From positions 1,489 to 65,488 of the forward strand of contig DASRUE010000196.1 of the NCBI GenBank assembly GCA_035687895.1: DNA of 64,000 nt. Direction: 5' to 3'. The number at the start of each line of letters is the position of its first letter. Positions within the stretch are counted from its first letter, which is position 1. Under the pieces are notes generated by a model. That model saw only the letters and a list, made by a program, of their open reading frames with translations. It had not been told where the DNA came from and ran no database searches. This document shows, one piece after another, positions 10,086 through 18,910 of the stretch. A program made the position numbers and the translations under genes. This DNA comes from Bacteroidota bacterium. Lineage in GTDB: Bacteria > Bacteroidota > Ignavibacteria > UBA10030 > UBA6906.

Positions 10086-11630
10086 ATGAAATTTCCCTTC
10101 TCGATTTCATCAAAGATCCTGCTGGGGGTTGTTCCAGCCGTTCTGGTATGCATGGTTGCCAGCGTCTGGCTTAATAACTACTTTCAGGAACGGGAAATGC
10201 TCGCCCAGGCGGAGGCATCCGCCGGCACGTACGCGGAGATCATGCGGGAAGCTCTGGTAAGCATGATGGTGACCAACTACCGTGTGGACGAGAGCTTTCT
10301 CGCCCGTGTGGATTCCATCAAGGAGATCGACAGCCTCCGACTGGCACTGAACGATCTGCACCTGCGGGAAGATCTGTTGACTGAAGAGAGAATCCAACGG
10401 CTGAATACAAAACGCTTGTTGTCCGGATATCTGGATTCGATTGATAAACGGGTTCTTACGTCCGGCAACTCCGAATTCCACAAGAATGGCGATCACTTCC
10501 GGGCCGTGATTCCGTTCAAGGCAACGAAGGTCTGCCAGGAGTGTCATCGGGTGCCTTTGAACTATACCCTTGGTGCAGCGGACATCCATATCTCGCTCAG
10601 CGCAATCTCCAATGCTGTCGATGAGAATTGGAAACGCTCCTTCTCCATTGTTGTCGTCTTTCTTGTGCTTGCACTCGGTATCGGCACGTTTGCCTTTCGC
10701 CGTGTGGTGGCGGATCCGATCGATGTGTTGATGAATGCAACCCAGCAGATTACCAGTGGCCGTCTCGACCGTCCGATCATCTCCCCTCGATCACGGGATG
10801 AACTGGGGACACTCTCAATGGCGTTTGAGGAAATGCGCCGATCATTGTGGGAAACACTCTCGGAACTCGCCTCGGTGAATCGAGAACTGGCAGGGAAGAA
10901 CACTTCGTTGCAGGAGTCGCTTGAAGCATTGCGTAAGGCGCAGGATGAACTTCTGAGCGCCGAGCGACTATCTGCCATAGGACAAATGGCCAGTTCAGTC
11001 ATCCATGATTTCAAGAACCCCATGAGCGTAGTGATCTCGTACGCCGATATATTGAGGAAGAACCCTGCAATGCCTGAGGAACAGCGGAGTCGTGCGTACG
11101 ATGCGATCCTGCGATCAATCAATCAGATGTCGGCCATGACGCACGACCTCCTCTATTTCTCCCGGGGAAAAGTTCAACTCCACCCCGAACCCATGCCGGT
11201 CCATGTCCTTGTGAAGGACATACAAGAAAGTGTAGCGATGAGCCTTGAGAAAGCGGGAGTAAGATTCGAGGTTCATCAACTGTATCATGGCGAGGTCGTG
11301 GTGGACGCGGAGCATTTTCGACGAGCGCTGGTCAACGTGATCACGAATGCCCAGGAAGCCATGCCGCACGGAGGGTGTGTGGCATTGAGCATCCTCCGCC
11401 TCAATGGTAGAATTGAGTTCAGGGTTTCGGATACAGGAGTCGGGATCCCACCTGGGTTAATGCACAAAATATTCGATCCGTTCATCACTCATGGAAAAGC
11501 AAATGGCACAGGGCTGGGCCTCGCAATCACCAAACTGATAGTGGAACAACACGGTGGCACTATCGATGTCAGCAGCCAGGTTGGCGTCGGTACCACCTTT
11601 GGGCTTATGATCCCCGGGGCAACTTCCTGA
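10086..11630 (+). CDS. Sensor histidine kinase (periplasmic sensor-TM-HAMP-HisKA-HATPase)
   Basis: It has two TM segments, a HAMP-like linker, the H-box SVIHDFKNPMSVV, and the N, G1 and G2 boxes (DTGVGI, GTGLGLAI). Confidence 0.85.
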   Translation: MKFPFSISSKILLGVVPAVLVCMVASVWLNNYFQEREMLAQAEASAGTYAEIMREALVSMMVTNYRVDESFLARVDSIKEIDSLRLALNDLHLREDLLTEERIQRLNTKRLLSGYLDSIDKRVLTSGNSEFHKNGDHFRAVIPFKATKVCQECHRVPLNYTLGAADIHISLSAISNAVDENWKRSFSIVVVFLVLALGIGTFAFRRVVADPIDVLMNATQQITSGRLDRPIISPRSRDELGTLSMAFEEMRRSLWETLSELASVNRELAGKNTSLQESLEALRKAQDELLSAERLSAIGQMASSVIHDFKNPMSVVISYADILRKNPAMPEEQRSRAYDAILRSINQMSAMTHDLLYFSRGKVQLHPEPMPVHVLVKDIQESVAMSLEKAGVRFEVHQLYHGEVVVDAEHFRRALVNVITNAQEAMPHGGCVALSILRLNGRIEFRVSDTGVGIPPGLMHKIFDPFITHGKANGTGLGLAITKLIVEQHGGTIDVSSQVGVGTTFGLMIPGATS

Positions 11631-11649
11631 GTCACGTTTTTATAGTGCA

Positions 11650-12288
11650 ATGACAGGCACGCGACGGATTCATTCACAGCTCGATGCAGCAACCGTCCTC
11701 GCTGCGTACCGCGCGGGATATTTTCCGATGGCCGACCCTGAGACCCGTGCTATTTCCTGGTACTCTCCTGATCCGCGGGCGATTATTCCCCTCGATGAGT
11801 TTCCTATCTCCCGAAGTCTTCGTCAAACGATCAACAAGCATCGTTTTGAGGTCAGGCTGGACACAGCATTCGAAAGCGTTATCCGTTCGTGCGCTGACAG
11901 GGAGGAAACGTGGATCTCTGATGAGATCATCGCCGTGTACACTGAACTGCACCGGCTCGGTCACGCTCATTCCGTGGAATCGTGGCTTGGTGGCGTGCTC
12001 GCAGGGGGACTATACGGTGTTGCGATCGGGGGGGCGTTTTTCGGGGAGTCCATGTTCAGCAGGAAGACAGATGCATCAAAGGTTGCACTTGTTTTCCTTG
12101 TCTGTCATCTGCATGATCGCGGCTTCGGACTCCTTGACTCACAATTTATCAATGATCACATCAGACGGTTCGGCGCAGTTGAGATCAAAAGGTCTGATTA
12201 CCTTGCACGCTTGCGAGGCGCCCTTTCATTGAAGACGGGGTTCGGGGAACCAACAAAAGACAAAACGGGTGATGCGAATAGCCGCTGA
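11650..12288 (+). CDS. aat: Leucyl/phenylalanyl-tRNA--protein transferase
   Basis: The sequence is LAAYRAGYFPMADP...ISWYSPDPRAIIPLDEF...FGESMFS, the characteristic L/F-transferase sequence. Confidence 0.85.
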   Translation: MTGTRRIHSQLDAATVLAAYRAGYFPMADPETRAISWYSPDPRAIIPLDEFPISRSLRQTINKHRFEVRLDTAFESVIRSCADREETWISDEIIAVYTELHRLGHAHSVESWLGGVLAGGLYGVAIGGAFFGESMFSRKTDASKVALVFLVCHLHDRGFGLLDSQFINDHIRRFGAVEIKRSDYLARLRGALSLKTGFGEPTKDKTGDANSR

Positions 12289-12428
12289 ACTTCTCATCAT
12301 TCTCGTTCACCGGGCAATGGACAGTGCGGTTCCGAGGTCACTCCGAAGGATCGTTGAAGTGGGGGCCGGCGACCGCAGCATGCGAACGGGCTGTGTGTCC
12401 GAAATCAAGTCCAGAATTATCCCCCGTG

Positions 12429-12468
12429 ACGGCTGGCCTCATGATCAGAATCAGCCGTGGACCTTTTT
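12429..12468 (+). terminator. Candidate terminator or attenuator hairpin followed by CCTTTTTGC
   Basis: An ACGGCTG...CAGCCGT stem is followed by a T-run, about 140 nt downstream of aat. Confidence 0.35.
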
Positions 12469-12488
12469 GCATTTCAGGGCATGAGCAG

Positions 12489-12517
12489 TTGCAACAGTAA
12501 CAATTACTGCCTATATT
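12489..12517 (+). promoter_or_regulatory. Sigma70-type promoter TTGCAA-N17-TATATT
   Basis: It has a perfect -10 hexamer and a 17-nt spacer, about 75 nt upstream of the ORF at 12595. Confidence 0.45.
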
Positions 12518-12594
12518 CACGAAGACATGAGCGACGAGTTCCAGGCGATGCCGGCAAACCTGCAAGTAACCACTTTCCCGTAAGGAGATAGTCG

Positions 12595-12996
12595 ATGGTC
12601 GTCTCGCGCGGAACACAAAAGTTCGATCGAGTTACCATTACTCTTGTGCCCACTGCGGATGAAAGAAGTTACCGCCACGTTCCATCTACGTTTGATCGGA
12701 CGAACCGTACCTACGCATGGCGACATTTTGAGAAGATCGAGTATCTCATCGTACCGACCAGGATTTCGAGCCGTGAAGTGAAGATAGATATGTTTGTGGG
12801 ATCGACCGGTAAGCGCAAGGCACACGGATCGAGTCTACACAAGACAATCGAGAATCTCGTGAAGACAAAAATTGAGTCCGAATGGCAAGGTCTCAAACTC
12901 GCAGGCATCAGCCGTCCCACGTCTGCGGCGCCCCCGGAGCAGACGTTTTCCCGGGGCACGATTGAAGAGATACTTGGGACGAGTCTGGAAGAGTAA
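12595..12996 (+). CDS. Hypothetical soluble protein (133 aa) with its own promoter, SD and terminator
   Basis: An AAGGAG Shine-Dalgarno site lies 7 nt upstream of the ATG. It has a dedicated promoter and terminator. I recognised no family. Confidence 0.5.
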   Translation: MVVSRGTQKFDRVTITLVPTADERSYRHVPSTFDRTNRTYAWRHFEKIEYLIVPTRISSREVKIDMFVGSTGKRKAHGSSLHKTIENLVKTKIESEWQGLKLAGISRPTSAAPPEQTFSRGTIEEILGTSLEE

Positions 12997-13016
12997 CACT
13001 AGTACCCGCATCGCTC

Positions 13017-13050
13017 ATGCATCGGGGAAAGAACCTGGTGCATTTTTTTT
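13017..13050 (+). terminator. Rho-independent terminator (stem then T8)
   Basis: An ATGCATC...GGTGCAT stem is followed by TTTTTTTT. Confidence 0.5.
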
Positions 13051-13103
13051 GGTTGCCCTCTCCTTCGTCACAACAAGTTCGGTCTTAAGGCTTAGAGTAT
13101 CAC

Positions 13104-13994
13104 ATGAACCCTGTTGTCCTGACTCAGACTTCTAGCCCGCGGTTCACCCCGACAAAGCAGGGGAAGGTGCGAGACATTTTCGATCTGGGCAACAGGCTCC
13201 TGATTGTTGCCACCGACCGGCTCTCTGCATTTGACGTGGTTCTTCCAGACGGAATCCCCGACAAAGGAAGGGTGCTCACACAGATCTCGGCGTTCTGGTT
13301 TCGAAAGCTCTCAAACGTTGTGCCTCACCATATGATCTCTGTGGACGTGAATGATTTTTCCGAGCCGTTTCGTTCTGCCCCGGAGATCTTTGCGGGACGT
13401 AGCATGCTCGTCAAGAAGACAACACCACTTCCTGTTGAGTGTGTCGTGCGTGGTTACCTTTCGGGATCGGGCTGGAATGATTACAGAAAGACACAGTCCA
13501 TCTGCGGGATTCCGCTTCCACCGGGGCTGAGAGAATCTGACAAGCTTCCTGAGCCGCTTTTCACTCCCTCTACAAAAGCTGAGCGAGGGATGCATGATGA
13601 AAATATTTCGTTCGATGAAGTTGTTAGGACGGTCGGCAGGGATATCGCCACACGAGTCCGTGATCTCACCATTGCGATTTACAGCGAAGGAGCTGCATTC
13701 GCTCTTACACGCGGGATCATCATCGCAGATACGAAGTTTGAGTTTGGTGTTGATGACAACGGCAATGTCATCTGGATTGACGAGGCCATGACACCCGACT
13801 CGTCCCGCTTTTGGCCGAAGAACGGGTACACACCAGGCGTCCCACAGCCGAGCTTTGACAAGCAATTTGTGCGTGACTATCTCCTCTCCATCAAATGGAA
13901 CAAGACGCCGCCTGCGCCCCGCCTGCCTCATCACGTGATTGAAACCACCAGTCAGAAGTACATCGAGGCATTGACACTTCTGACTCGGTTCTGA
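13104..13994 (+). CDS. purC: Phosphoribosylaminoimidazole-succinocarboxamide (SAICAR) synthase
   Basis: The sequence is [47 protein letters not shown], the classic PurC N-terminal signature. Confidence 0.9.
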   Translation: MNPVVLTQTSSPRFTPTKQGKVRDIFDLGNRLLIVATDRLSAFDVVLPDGIPDKGRVLTQISAFWFRKLSNVVPHHMISVDVNDFSEPFRSAPEIFAGRSMLVKKTTPLPVECVVRGYLSGSGWNDYRKTQSICGIPLPPGLRESDKLPEPLFTPSTKAERGMHDENISFDEVVRTVGRDIATRVRDLTIAIYSEGAAFALTRGIIIADTKFEFGVDDNGNVIWIDEAMTPDSSRFWPKNGYTPGVPQPSFDKQFVRDYLLSIKWNKTPPAPRLPHHVIETTSQKYIEALTLLTRF

Positions 13995-14015
13995 GTTCAG
14001 TGAAAGGTAATCTCC

Positions 14016-15278
14016 ATGCTGGCTGACACGCCGCCGATATTGTCCGAGGTGGAGAACCTGCGTTTTTTTATCCCGCCTGTTTATGGTACACACCTTCTTC
14101 CGCTCCCTTGGCACAGTCCACTTGATGCATGGGGAGATAGTGGCATTTCCTTTATCCCGGTGAAGAGCGGGCTTTCTCGGCACGTTGTTCGATTTATCGA
14201 ATCTGGAGAAAAGAGATTCGCTGTCAAAGAAACCTCCCTGGAAAGTGCACAGCGGGAGTTTGCGAACTATGTGCAACTTGTCAAAAGGGAGATCCCGACC
14301 CTCATTCCTGTTGGCGTTGTTTCCCGTTACGAAGGAACCGAGATTGTCTCGACCAAGGTGGGTCAGCAGCCACAGGTCAGGGACACGGGGTACATAGTCA
14401 CCGAACTGATGGAGAAAGTAATTCCGGATTCGTTTCTGTTCAAGCGCGGGTTCACGAAAGAGAACAGAAATAAGATCTGGGACGCGGTAATCAGGTTGTT
14501 CATCCAACTGCATAGCCGCGGAATCTACTGGGGAGACGCCTCGCTCGCGAACATGCTGATCCGGTTTGAGACGGAAGTCGTTCCCGAGCTTGGCAAGCGG
14601 ACGCTCTTGACTGCCATCTTAGCCGACGCGGAAACAGTCGAAATCCACCCGGCTATCTCCGATTCACTGAGGATGGCAGACGTGGAGTTTTTTCTTGAAT
14701 CCATGTTATGGACGGAAGCGGATCTGCGGGCAAGCGGGATTGTCCGCGACCCGATGATCACGGAGAGAGATCAGGCGTACATTATGGCATCGTACAAAGG
14801 TCGGTTTGCCGTGGAGCTGGAGATTGCCTCCTTTGAACTGGTAACGCACATCGATGTTGACAAACTCCTCGGCAACTTTGACGTAAAGGGGTATGGAAAA
14901 CTGTTGCTCCAGCACATTCAGGAACATAAATGGTATGTCAGCGAGCGAAAAGGACGCGAGGTAACGCTGATTGAGGCGGCGGAGGATTGGTATAAAGAAA
15001 TTTTCAAACCGGTGTGCAAAATCTTCCATGATCAAGGGTTGTTGGAGTTCTTTCCCGACAAGACTGCCTCCAGCCTATATGTGGAGATCATGGAACACAA
15101 ATACTTTATGAGCGAGCGTGAGAAAAAGGATGTCGGTCTCGTGGCTGCACTGGAGGACTACTCTCGGAGATACGCTCAGCATGAGCCGGTGCACATGACC
15201 CTCGGTTCGATTATCAGAGCGTTGACGTCCCTTCTTGGGGGAGGTGACCCACAACGAACGAACATCTATCTTTCTTGA
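14016..15278 (+). CDS. Kinase-fold (Kdo/WaaP/RIO-like) protein with a C-terminal DUF4032-like region containing an internal tandem repeat
   Basis: GIYWGDASLANMLI resembles a kinase catalytic loop. Two ~30-aa repeats are HKWYVSERKGREVTLIEAAEDWYKEIFKP and HKYFMSEREKKDVGLVAALEDYSRRYAQ. The family assignment is from memory and is tentative. Confidence 0.55.
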   Translation: MLADTPPILSEVENLRFFIPPVYGTHLLPLPWHSPLDAWGDSGISFIPVKSGLSRHVVRFIESGEKRFAVKETSLESAQREFANYVQLVKREIPTLIPVGVVSRYEGTEIVSTKVGQQPQVRDTGYIVTELMEKVIPDSFLFKRGFTKENRNKIWDAVIRLFIQLHSRGIYWGDASLANMLIRFETEVVPELGKRTLLTAILADAETVEIHPAISDSLRMADVEFFLESMLWTEADLRASGIVRDPMITERDQAYIMASYKGRFAVELEIASFELVTHIDVDKLLGNFDVKGYGKLLLQHIQEHKWYVSERKGREVTLIEAAEDWYKEIFKPVCKIFHDQGLLEFFPDKTASSLYVEIMEHKYFMSEREKKDVGLVAALEDYSRRYAQHEPVHMTLGSIIRALTSLLGGGDPQRTNIYLS

Positions 15279-15279
15279 A

Positions 15280-15594
15280 ATGATGAGGCCACTGAGGATT
15301 CATCAGGTTGCTCTTGATCGGCTGCATGTTGTATGGGATGATAAGCATGAATCTCAATTCACAACCGAGTATCTGCGGAATAATTGTCCCTGTGCAACCT
15401 GCATCCATGAAAAAGAGGAGGATATCAAGAGCGGGATCTTTTCACTCCCCCTTGCCTCAAAAACCCACCTCGTCAAGATCGACCGTTCCGGCCATAACGC
15501 AATTGTGATTTCCTGGGGGGATGGACACAAGACAGGCATTTACACATGGGACTACCTGCGTTCCCTTTGCCCTTGCGACGATTGCCAGGAGTGA
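15280..15594 (+). CDS. DUF971/COG3536 family small Cys-rich protein (gamma-butyrobetaine hydroxylase N-terminal-like domain)
   Basis: It has two CPC..C motifs, NNCPCATCIHE and LCPCDDCQE. Its ATG lies 2 nt after the upstream stop. The tabled start at 15235 overlaps the upstream gene. Confidence 0.6.
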   Translation: MMRPLRIHQVALDRLHVVWDDKHESQFTTEYLRNNCPCATCIHEKEEDIKSGIFSLPLASKTHLVKIDRSGHNAIVISWGDGHKTGIYTWDYLRSLCPCDDCQE

Positions 15595-15782
15595 GGGGCC
15601 ATTTTTGCAGAAACTGCCATCGGGGTGCAACTCTTGAAGATGTTTCCGTACAATTAGGAAGAGTCGTCGCCCAACGCGATTGTACGGTCGTGCAAACGCA
15701 CATCCATCTTTTCCTCTGAGTTTGTCGTTTTTGACCCAAGTACTATCACCAACAAACCAATCATCTCATTAAAGGAGGGCTC

Positions 15783-17135
15783 ATGTACAGGGTTCTGCAA
15801 ACCCTCATTTTTGCGCTTATGGCTACGGCAGCATTACACGCCGGGCCTCCGGGTGCAGGCGAGAAGATACTTCCCTTTCCCATCCACCAAACGGTTTTGG
15901 ACAATGGGTTGAAGATTGTCACCATCGAATTCGATAGTCCGGGCATCATTGCGTACTATACAGTGGTCCGTTCCGGTTCGCGCAACGAGGTGGAGTCTGG
16001 TCTTTCCGGGTTTGCTCATTTCTTTGAGCACATGATGTTTCGCGGGACTGAGAAGTACGGTAAGGATAAGTACAATGATGTCCTCAAGTCCATCGGGGCA
16101 GACAACAACGCGTTTACAACCGACGACTACACGACGTACCACACACTCGCAAGTGCCGAAGCGCTGGAAACAATCATGGATCTGGAATCTGATCGGTTTA
16201 TGAACCTAAAATACTCTGAGGAAGCGTTTAAGACGGAGGCAGGTGCGATTCTCGGAGAGTACAACAAGAACTATTCGAGCCCGTTCCTGACGATCTTTGA
16301 GAAGCTCCGTAATGCAGCCTATACAGTCCACACCTACAAGCATACCACGATGGGATTTCTCGGGGACATCATGGATATGCCGAACCAATATCAGTACAGC
16401 CTGACGTTTTTCAACCGATGGTACCGACCTGAGTACTGCACGGTTCTCATTGTGGGAGACGTGCAGCACCACAAAACGGTAGCTATGGCCAAAAAATACT
16501 ATGGCAAGTGGAAGCGGGGGAATTACGTCCTTGACGTCCCGAAAGAGCCACCTCAGACAAAGGGAAGTGTTGTGGAGATGTCCTGGAAGGCCGAGACGCT
16601 TCCGATACTTGCCATTGGTTACCACGGGCCGGCATTCAGCGACGCACAGATCGATATGCCCGCGATGGATGTCCTTTCGCAAGCTCTGTTCTCACCGTCC
16701 TCGGATCTGTTCCGCAAACTCGTGATCGAAGAGCAAGCCGTGGAGTTCGTTCAGGGTGGCCAGCAGGATTCGCGTGATCCAGGGCAGTTCATGATCTTCA
16801 CACGGATCAAGGATCCTAAGATGATCCAGAAGGTCAGTGACGAGATCTATGGAACGATTGAGGAGGCCAAGACAACACCAGTATCTGCCGAGCGGTTGGC
16901 AGAAATTAAGTCGTTTCTTAAGTATAGCTATGCTATGGGGCTCGACAACGCCGACGCGATTGCCCGCAGTATTGTCCACTACATTGCCATGACCGGTGAC
17001 CCTGAGTCAGTAAACAAGGTCTATGCACTTTATGACAGAGTCACAGCTGAGGACTTAATGGCAGTGGCGAGTAAGTACTTCGACGCCAATAATCGTACCG
17101 TTGTGTTGCTGACGCAGGAAGGAGCGAAGCAATAA
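15783..17135 (+). CDS. M16 family zinc peptidase (insulinase/pitrilysin-like), active subunit, secreted
   Basis: It has a signal peptide. The HFFEHMMF inverted zinc motif HxxEH is present with a downstream E. There is a strong SD, AAAGGAGGG. Confidence 0.85.
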   Translation: MYRVLQTLIFALMATAALHAGPPGAGEKILPFPIHQTVLDNGLKIVTIEFDSPGIIAYYTVVRSGSRNEVESGLSGFAHFFEHMMFRGTEKYGKDKYNDVLKSIGADNNAFTTDDYTTYHTLASAEALETIMDLESDRFMNLKYSEEAFKTEAGAILGEYNKNYSSPFLTIFEKLRNAAYTVHTYKHTTMGFLGDIMDMPNQYQYSLTFFNRWYRPEYCTVLIVGDVQHHKTVAMAKKYYGKWKRGNYVLDVPKEPPQTKGSVVEMSWKAETLPILAIGYHGPAFSDAQIDMPAMDVLSQALFSPSSDLFRKLVIEEQAVEFVQGGQQDSRDPGQFMIFTRIKDPKMIQKVSDEIYGTIEEAKTTPVSAERLAEIKSFLKYSYAMGLDNADAIARSIVHYIAMTGDPESVNKVYALYDRVTAEDLMAVASKYFDANNRTVVLLTQEGAKQ

Positions 17136-18685
17136 TGAGGCCATTATCATTTGTAATTCTCGTTATTGTGCTGATCACCCTGATTAGTGGATCAATCGAT
17201 GCCAAAACCCCCGTAAAGGTGACGGAAATAAGAAGTGAACACTCGCCTCTGGTCAATTTTCGCATCATCCTTCGCGCCGGGTCGATTAACGACCCCAAGG
17301 GGAAAGAAGGGCTAAATGCCCTAACTGCCTTCTTGCTTGCCAAGGGAGGAACAAAGGAGCTTACCTACCAGCAGGTTGTTGCAAGTCTCTACCCATGGGC
17401 GGCTTCCATTAACGTGCAGCCGGACAAGGAGATCACGACATTTATTGGCAATGTCCATCGCGACCACCTGGAAGAATTCTACAAGATTTTCTCTGACCTT
17501 CTTCTCAACCCACGTTTCGATCCAGATGATTTCACCAGGAACAAAGATTTAGCCATCAGTTTTTTGGAGAAGAACCTTCGAGGGACGGACGATGAAAACC
17601 TCGGCAAGGAAGCACTTGGCCTCGTAATGTTTGGAAATCATCCTTACGGGACCGCGGATGCCACCGTCCAGGGCTTGAAGTCATCGACGTTGGAGGACGT
17701 GAAGGAATACTATGCGAAAACCTATACGATCGGCACAATGTGGATAGGAATTGCGGGCGGCTACCCCAGGGCATTCGTGGAAACAATGAAGAAGGACTTT
17801 GGCAAACTTCCGGATGGAAAATTTTCTCCTATCTCACTTCCGGAACCGGAGGCCATCAATGGGCTGGAGATTGCCTTCGTTGAAAAGCCGGCTCGCGGCA
17901 CGGCGATCTCGATTGGCCATCCGCTTCCTGTAACACGGAAGGACAAAGATTTTTACGCCCTTCTCGTTGCCAACTCGCACTTTGGCGAGCACCGTACATT
18001 CAACGGTGTTCTCATGAACCGCCTGCGAGGAGATCGCGGATTGAACTACGGCGATTATTCGTATATCGAGAAGTTCACTGGAGGAACCGGCTCCTCGCGG
18101 TTTCCCAATGTGAATACTCCACTACGGCAGCAGTATTTCAGTATTTGGCTAAGGCCGGTCCAACCCGAGAATGCTCATTTTGCGGTGAGAGCTGCGCTAT
18201 TCGAACTGGAGAAGTATGTGAAGGAGGGATTAACTGCAGAGCAGTTTCAGCAGACAAGGAAGTTTGTCTCCAACTACTCAAAGCTTTGGGCCCAAACACT
18301 CGATCGTCGTCTTGGCTACAAGATGGACTCCGAGTTTTATGGGACTGGAGACTACATTGAGAGAATCGACAAGGAGTTGAAGACGTTGACAGTAGCAGAC
18401 GTCAACAGCGCCATCAAGAAATACATCAGCCCGGCGAACCTCAAGGTTGCCATCGTTGCCAATGATGGGAAGAGTCTTATGGACGCAATGGTCTCTAACG
18501 CGCCCTCTCCAATCAACTATCAATCTCCAGTGTCTGAGAATATTCTCGAAGAGGACAAGTTGATATCCAACTATTCACTCTCGATCAACCCAAAAAAAAC
18601 CAAGCTGATACGAGTCCAGCAATTGTTTGAGAACGAGAGTCCTTCGAGAACACTGGGTCGCAAGGACAAAGAGAATATCAGATAG
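17135..18685 (+). CDS. M16 family peptidase partner subunit (no intact HxxEH motif)
   Basis: It has a signal peptide and the M16 fold, and I found no HxxEH motif on inspection. Its start overlaps the upstream stop by 1 nt, a typical paired arrangement. Confidence 0.8.
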   Translation: MRPLSFVILVIVLITLISGSIDAKTPVKVTEIRSEHSPLVNFRIILRAGSINDPKGKEGLNALTAFLLAKGGTKELTYQQVVASLYPWAASINVQPDKEITTFIGNVHRDHLEEFYKIFSDLLLNPRFDPDDFTRNKDLAISFLEKNLRGTDDENLGKEALGLVMFGNHPYGTADATVQGLKSSTLEDVKEYYAKTYTIGTMWIGIAGGYPRAFVETMKKDFGKLPDGKFSPISLPEPEAINGLEIAFVEKPARGTAISIGHPLPVTRKDKDFYALLVANSHFGEHRTFNGVLMNRLRGDRGLNYGDYSYIEKFTGGTGSSRFPNVNTPLRQQYFSIWLRPVQPENAHFAVRAALFELEKYVKEGLTAEQFQQTRKFVSNYSKLWAQTLDRRLGYKMDSEFYGTGDYIERIDKELKTLTVADVNSAIKKYISPANLKVAIVANDGKSLMDAMVSNAPSPINYQSPVSENILEEDKLISNYSLSINPKKTKLIRVQQLFENESPSRTLGRKDKENIR

Positions 18686-18700
18686 AACCACCGATATCCT

Positions 18701-18733
18701 GGGGTGGCGATTCAGTCGCCACCCTTTCCTCTT
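18701..18733 (+). terminator. Rho-independent terminator after the M16 pair
   Basis: A GGGTGGCGA..TCGCCACCC stem is followed by TTTCCTCTT. Confidence 0.55.
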
Positions 18734-18833
18734 AGGCTTCCATTTCTCGTTTTCCACGCTTTAAGAAGATCCTGCCTAACCCATTGATATAGATGGTTGT
18801 CCAGACGACTTCAAGTGATCGTTAAGAAAGTTC

Positions 18834-18862
18834 TTGCATATTGTTTGAGAATTGGCTAATTA
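18834..18862 (+). promoter_or_regulatory. Candidate promoter TTGCAT-N17-TAATTA
   Basis: It lies about 50 nt upstream of the hybrid kinase ATG. Confidence 0.3.
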
Positions 18863-18910
18863 CGTATCAGTCATCAATTCCCTCCAATTTGGCCAATTTC
18901 TGGAGCATCC

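Noticed and set aside
10030-10090. Stem-loop sequestering the histidine-kinase SD (GGTCAGG...CCTGACC) as a riboregulator
   Set aside because: It could simply be a weak terminator remnant of the upstream gene. There is no conservation evidence.
12289-12594. ZTP/purine riboswitch upstream of purC
   Set aside because: I could not find the conserved pfl-motif elements by eye. An independent ORF with its own promoter and terminator intervenes before purC.
13311-14513. 400-aa ORF on the minus strand spanning purC and the kinase-like gene
   Set aside because: It is antisense to two plus-strand genes with clear family signatures (purC). Its composition looks like mirror-strand translation of coding DNA.
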